A stretch of 12,172 nt of DNA from Candidatus Hermodarchaeota archaeon (GTDB taxonomy: Archaea; Asgardarchaeota; Lokiarchaeia; Sigyniarchaeales; SOKP01), in the NCBI GenBank assembly GCA_048885925.1, contig JBHLLG010000086.1, positions 1-12,172 of the forward strand, in the 5' to 3' direction. Shown here in pieces: positions 7,886 to 12,172 of the stretch (positions are counted from its first letter, which is position 1; each line of letters starts with the position of its first letter). The notes beneath the pieces were generated by a model. It was not told the DNA's origin and ran no database searches. It saw only the letters and a program-made list of their open reading frames with translations. A program made the position numbers and the translations under genes.

Positions 7886-8641
7886 ATAAAAGTAGCAAGA
7901 ATAAAAAAAACCGATATAAAACTACATCCATCTATATTATTATTTATTGGCATAATATTCTATTATGCAATAGTCTTTTATGCTAAATCTAGAAATAATA
8001 TTCCTTTAAATGAACTCATAGTTTTTGGTATTGTAAACGCTATTATTATTTTATTTTCTATCTTTATTCATGAATTAGCACATTTAATAGTAGCTCAACG
8101 ATATGAACTAGAAATACCTGAAATTATATTGAGTTTTATTGGAGGAAGTTTTGATATGGAAGATGAACATAAAATACCTAACCATCTATTAAAAGTATAT
8201 GCTGCAGGTCCACTCTCTAATTTATTAATGGGTTTATCTTTATTACTAGTTTTAAGAATTCCATATATTAATTTTACTAATTTTATATTAATGTCATTAA
8301 ATTTGTCTGGATATGCCAATATAATTTTAGCCTTTTTTAATTTAATCCCAACTTTCCCCTTAGATGGTGGTCGAATTTTAAAAGCATTAATATTATCAGA
8401 TTCCGATGATCTATATCAAACTACAAAAATTGTTTTTGTGATTGGTAGCATATTTGATCTAGGATTTACTTTCTACGGATTCTACCTTATAGTTATTTCA
8501 AAATTTTCTAATGCTTTATGGTTAATTTTAATTGGTATTTTTTTGTATTTATCAGCACGGTACTCCTATAGATATGAGATTTCAAAATACAAGCAATATT
8601 TAGAAGAAAAGTTTAAAAAAATAGAAAAGACTACAGTATAA
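7886..8641 (+). CDS. Site-2 protease family (M50) intramembrane zinc metalloprotease without CBS domains (~251 aa; start inferred at ATA 7886)
   Basis: The frame is open from TAA 7853-7855. Upstream of the called TTG 8129 it reads KVARIKKTDIKLHPSILLFIG...LFSIFIHELAHLIVAQRY (HExxH). Downstream are AAGPLSN and FNLIPTFPLDGGRIL (NxxPxxxxDG). Product secure, exact start inferred. Confidence 0.88.
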   Translation: MKVARIKKTDIKLHPSILLFIGIIFYYAIVFYAKSRNNIPLNELIVFGIVNAIIILFSIFIHELAHLIVAQRYELEIPEIILSFIGGSFDMEDEHKIPNHLLKVYAAGPLSNLLMGLSLLLVLRIPYINFTNFILMSLNLSGYANIILAFFNLIPTFPLDGGRILKALILSDSDDLYQTTKIVFVIGSIFDLGFTFYGFYLIVISKFSNALWLILIGIFLYLSARYSYRYEISKYKQYLEEKFKKIEKTTV

Positions 8642-8786
8642 CTTACTATAAAGTCCTTTACTTCTATAAAAACTGAATAAAGGTTTAAATGATTATGAAA
8701 TTCATGATGAAAGCAATAAATTCAACTGATATTGTTATATATTCCACTTTCACCCTCAAATCCTTTAATAAAAAAAAAATAATTTG

Positions 8787-9683
8787 TTATAAATAAGCTT
8801 TAGATGTATTTTTTATAAATGCATCAATTACTCGTGGCCATACTTCAATTGGTAAACTGTGCCCCATTCCTTCAATTATGAGTAATTCTGCTCCAGGTAT
8901 TGAGGCAGCAGTATCTTTACCACCTTCAATTGAGACAAGAGGGTCATCTCCTCCATGAATTACAAGGGTTGGCACTTTTATAGATGTTAAAAATTGTTTG
9001 CGGTCTCCTGTAGCCAGAATTGCTGCCAATTGCCTTGAATAACCTGGTCGATAATTAGAACGATCATATGCTGCAGTAACAAATTTACGCGCTTTCTCTT
9101 CATCAAAAGGAAAACCAGAGCCATGAATAATTCTCATACGATTCACCCCATCCTCAATTATTGCATCACGTCCTTCAGGTGGAGGTTTTAAAAGTACTTG
9201 TAATGCTTGTGGTTTTGGTTGTGGGAGATCGGGATTACCTGTGCTACTCATAATAGAAGTGAGAGATAAAACACGGGAAGGATGTCTGTATGCAATAACC
9301 TGAGCAATCATTCCGCCCATTGAAGCACCACAGATATGCGCCTTATCAATATTTAAAGCATCCAATAACCCAACTGCATCATCGGCCATATCATTTAATG
9401 TATATGCCGACTCTATTTTTTCCCCTTTTTGTACAGCCATGAACATTTTCATTAAATCCGGGACACCGGTCTCATCAAATTTGGTGGATAATCCAACATC
9501 TCGATTGTCAAATCGAATTACATAAAATCCTGCTTCTGCAAGTTTCTCACAAAGTTCGATATCCCATCTGATCATTTGAGCACCAAGCCCCATTATCAGT
9601 AATAAGGGTTTTGATGAAGGATCCCCAAATGTATCATACTCAATTTCAATATTATTTGCTTTTGCTTTAGGCATATTTTTCAT
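8787..9683 (-). CDS. Alpha/beta-fold hydrolase (esterase/aminopeptidase-like); start may be the second Met (MPKAKAN, 9674)
   Basis: LLLIMGLG oxyanion region, RFDNRDVGLS, nucleophile elbow GASMGG, acid in HGGDDPLV, catalytic His in GMGH. Confidence 0.93.
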   Translation of the reverse strand: MKNMPKAKANNIEIEYDTFGDPSSKPLLLIMGLGAQMIRWDIELCEKLAEAGFYVIRFDNRDVGLSTKFDETGVPDLMKMFMAVQKGEKIESAYTLNDMADDAVGLLDALNIDKAHICGASMGGMIAQVIAYRHPSRVLSLTSIMSSTGNPDLPQPKPQALQVLLKPPPEGRDAIIEDGVNRMRIIHGSGFPFDEEKARKFVTAAYDRSNYRPGYSRQLAAILATGDRKQFLTSIKVPTLVIHGGDDPLVSIEGGKDTAASIPGAELLIIEGMGHSLPIEVWPRVIDAFIKNTSKAYL

Positions 9684-9893
9684 TCTCTTGATTTTAATTT
9701 GTTTTTATTTTGTGATTATATACTTTTATAAATTTAAAACTATAATAATTCTAAAAATTTCATATCCAATGTTTTTTCTTTTTATCTCTAAAAACTAGAT
9801 CATACAAATATATCTCTATTTGTACCAAAAAAATATAAAATTTTTTTTAAAAAATAGTGAAATTAAAAAAGATTTGGTTAGATTTATTGAATT

Positions 9894-10808
9894 TTAATCT
9901 GTATGCGCTGAAATAATCAAATCAGCAAATAATTTCATATCATTCAATAGCATGTTTAATTTGTCTTGAGAACTACGGTCTAATTCTCCAGATTTCATTA
10001 TAAGCACAGATATAATATATTTGAAAATATGAAGCTCGATCTCCTTACCATCTCCATCTCCTCCTCTAAACTTCGCACTGTCTGCCATAAAAATGTTCTC
10101 TCTAACAATGTTGCATGCATTAATGAAATCTCTTAAATCTCCTCTTAGAGTTAAACCACTACTGACTCCTTGAACATTATGAACTATAACATTACCAGAT
10201 ATGTCACAAATAATTATCTTTGCCTTAATTTCATCCAATTGCTTTTCTGCTTTTTCAACATGAGCTTTTAACTCACTATATTCTGAAATTAAGACATCTC
10301 TGAAAACTTTAGCTAATTTGTCTTCTTCATAAATACTTGTAAGCATATAATCAAAATCATAGTCCTTAAACATGTCCAGGAAGAGCTCCTTTGCCCTTTT
10401 AACGTTTGTATCAAGGAGCTCTTTCTGATAATCCTCAGTATCGTATTTATGTAAGAATAAAAATATTTTAGGTTTTTCATTATTCTTACGATATAAATCT
10501 AATAGACTTATAAAATAATTTTTTGCCTCTTCAAATGTTTTTGGGTCATGCAAATCGACTATTGGAATAAGAATGTCTGTTCCCCGAAAGATTTCAGGTT
10601 TTTCCATATATTCTTTACGAAATTCTTCTTGACCTCCAAAATCGAAGATTCCAACTTGTAATCCTAAGAAAGGATGTCTTCGAGTTTCATATAAAATAGT
10701 CGGAGCTAATCCTTTTGTCTCTTCGGGTCGTTTAGCTGCAAAAGCCACAGAGTAAACTGATGTCTTTCCGCAACCAGAAAGCCCTACCAACGAAATTTTC
10801 GTACTAAT
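9894..10808 (-). CDS. RagA/Gtr1-like small GTPase with C-terminal roadblock/longin-like domain (~302-304 aa; start upstream of the called TTG 10790)
   Basis: KISLVGLSGCGKTS, ETKGLAPT (switch I), FLGLQVGIFDFGGQ, IFRGTDILI, KIFLFLHKYD (Rag-type HKxD G4) and TSIYE (Rag-type G5), followed by a ~120-aa alpha/beta domain (KIIICDISGNVIVHN...LHIFKYIISVLIMK). Confidence 0.85.
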   Translation of the reverse strand: MSTKISLVGLSGCGKTSVYSVAFAAKRPEETKGLAPTILYETRRHPFLGLQVGIFDFGGQEEFRKEYMEKPEIFRGTDILIPIVDLHDPKTFEEAKNYFISLLDLYRKNNEKPKIFLFLHKYDTEDYQKELLDTNVKRAKELFLDMFKDYDFDYMLTSIYEEDKLAKVFRDVLISEYSELKAHVEKAEKQLDEIKAKIIICDISGNVIVHNVQGVSSGLTLRGDLRDFINACNIVRENIFMADSAKFRGGDGDGKEIELHIFKYIISVLIMKSGELDRSSQDKLNMLLNDMKLFADLIISAHTD

Positions 10809-10814
10809 TCACCT
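10809..10814 (-). promoter_or_regulatory. Archaeal Shine-Dalgarno-like site (AGGTGA) upstream of the Rag-like GTPase
   Basis: Minus strand reads AAAAAGGTGA ATT AGT ACG AAA ATT TCG TTG; GGTGA is the canonical archaeal SD core. Confidence 0.5.
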
Positions 10815-10891
10815 TTTTACTTTTCATTTTTTAATATTTTTTATAATAATTTATTTCATTTAACTTTTTTAATAAAATTTAATTTGGAATT

Positions 10892-12172
10892 TTATTCTTT
10901 TGGTGCTACTTTTATCGTTCTTGAAAAAATCTTGCCAAAAGCTTCTGTTGATGCTTCAACTAAAATGTTAGCCTTAATAGGCTCACCATCTGGTAGATCT
11001 AGAGGATATCCAATTTCAACGGTTTCAAAAGGGAATAATTCTCTTATATTTGTTATCCATGGTCTTTTTTCAAATAATTCTTCTACAGACACGATTCTAA
11101 TTTTCAAATCTTCTAAAACGTAACCAATGGTGTTTGTTAATGAGATGCTCAGAACTTTATCTTCTTCATTTAATTCATTTGAAACACTTAAGAATCTTCT
11201 TGTACCAAGAGGAGGTTTGACAACAACTTGGTCTTCTTCTGGTTTGGTTTCTATTCTTGGTTCCTCTGTATCTTCTAAGTCCCTTACTACAAAAACTTTC
11301 CTTTTTTGAACTGTGTATTGTGAAACTTTTTTCAATTTTGCTAAAAATAAAACAGCATTTAAGTTAATAGAATTAAAAGGTTCTATTTTTATGTATCCCT
11401 TCTTAGCAGCATCTTCCATGATTTCAGCACCTAAGCCAGTTCGAGCAAAAACTGTATTTCTATTGGCTCCACTCCCTACTGACCCTACTGAAATATCTGC
11501 TTTTTCAGCAGTCAAGTCTGTACAGAAATTACAACTTGATGATTTAAATTTGTCTAATTGCTTAATTGTATATGATTTGATAGGTTCTCCTTTTGGATCA
11601 TAATACAAGTTAAATTTCCCCTTACTAATATTCATCTTTTGAACTTTTGTTAAATTTATCCCCTCTTTTTCAAAAAAGGGATAGAGAGCCTCTGGAGCAA
11701 AACTATCCATACAGAAAAGTCCAATTTTTAATACATGGCATCTCATGAAATATTTCAACATACCAGTTGGACTGTCAAACATTTTCGCAACAGCATCTAT
11801 ATTACATGGTGTCCCCACGAATGCTATCGATCTAAAATCTTGTCTCACTGCATCCATTAATGCTTCTACTGTTTGAGAATGACTGTAAATCGATCCTGAG
11901 GCTTTAATAGTGTCATCTTTGTTGGTAATAATTTGAGCTACGGGATACCATGGTTTACTGGGATCTCGCATTGTTACCACAGCAGCATCTATTAAATGTT
12001 CATCAAATAAATAGCAGAGTAAACTAGTTACAGTTCCACCATCTTGACCTCCAACTACTTCTGGGATATTTGTGTTTGCTACATATCCAGTTTTAAAATC
12101 TCCCATGAGCTGATAAGGATCCGTGATCGTTCTTGGACATTGATTATAACAAATTCCGCATCCTGTGCATTT
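10892..12172 (-). CDS. Coenzyme F420 hydrogenase/dehydrogenase beta-subunit family (FrhB/FdhB/FpoF-like) protein with N-terminal 4Fe-4S ferredoxin motif and extra C-terminal beta-sandwich domain; 5'-truncated by the window edge
   Basis: GQDGGTVTSLL, FVGTPC, IGLFC, CNFCTD and ADISVGSVG are FrhB-family motifs. The frame stays open upstream of ATG 12106 to the window edge, reading KCTGCGICYNQCPRTITDPYQL (CxxCxxCxxxCP). About 135 extra C-terminal residues follow the core. Confidence 0.92.
   Translation of the reverse strand, partial: KCTGCGICYNQCPRTITDPYQLMGDFKTGYVANTNIPEVVGGQDGGTVTSLLCYLFDEHLIDAAVVTMRDPSKPWYPVAQIITNKDDTIKASGSIYSHSQTVEALMDAVRQDFRSIAFVGTPCNIDAVAKMFDSPTGMLKYFMRCHVLKIGLFCMDSFAPEALYPFFEKEGINLTKVQKMNISKGKFNLYYDPKGEPIKSYTIKQLDKFKSSSCNFCTDLTAEKADISVGSVGSGANRNTVFARTGLGAEIMEDAAKKGYIKIEPFNSINLNAVLFLAKLKKVSQYTVQKRKVFVVRDLEDTEEPRIETKPEEDQVVVKPPLGTRRFLSVSNELNEEDKVLSISLTNTIGYVLEDLKIRIVSVEELFEKRPWITNIRELFPFETVEIGYPLDLPDGEPIKANILVEASTEAFGKIFSRTIKVAPKE

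Noticed and set aside
8095-8319. 74-aa minus-strand ORF
   Set aside because: Antisense to the M50 protease.
6666-10811. Alternative genetic code or Sec/Pyl read-through as the explanation for the missing starts
   Set aside because: Three different stop codons are involved, all three terminate ordinary genes in this window, and no SECIS-like structure was recognised.
10884-11603. Plus-strand ORFs 10884-11123, 11127-11309 and 11313-11603
   Set aside because: Consecutive antisense shadows of the FrhB-like gene.
1-12172. CRISPR arrays, tRNA/rRNA genes, transposases or terminal inverted repeats
   Set aside because: Intergenic gaps are short and AT-rich with no periodic repeats or cloverleaf-like GC stems, and no ORF has mobile-element motifs.

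Overview
AT-rich, gene-dense archaeal window whose content points strongly to an Asgard archaeon (Lokiarchaeia/Promethearchaeota-like); this taxonomy is inferred from gene content. It carries a cluster of eukaryotic-signature-type genes: a TPR + longin-like protein, a Rab-like GTPase, an MglA-like GTPase, an arrestin/Vps26-fold-like protein and a RagA/Gtr1-like GTPase with a C-terminal roadblock/longin-like domain. These are interleaved with a HAD hydrolase, an unannotated 52-aa CxxC..CxxC protein, a ~7-TM sensor with a histidine-kinase H-box but no ATPase domain plus a stand-alone receiver, tag glycosylase, an M50 site-2 protease, an alpha/beta hydrolase and a 5'-truncated ferredoxin-FrhB-family protein. 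Main observations: (1) the FrhB-family redox protein and the arrestin-like protein appear to share a ~95-aa C-terminal beta-sandwich domain, and the FrhB gene lies directly upstream of the Rag-like GTPase; (2) three genes have conserved N-terminal motifs upstream of any in-frame ATG/GTG/TTG, implying near-cognate (ATA/ATT/ACG) starts; (3) a kinase-less 7TM-DHp/receiver pair. No rRNA, tRNA, CRISPR array or mobile element was recognised. All domain calls are by-eye motif recognition; no searches were run.
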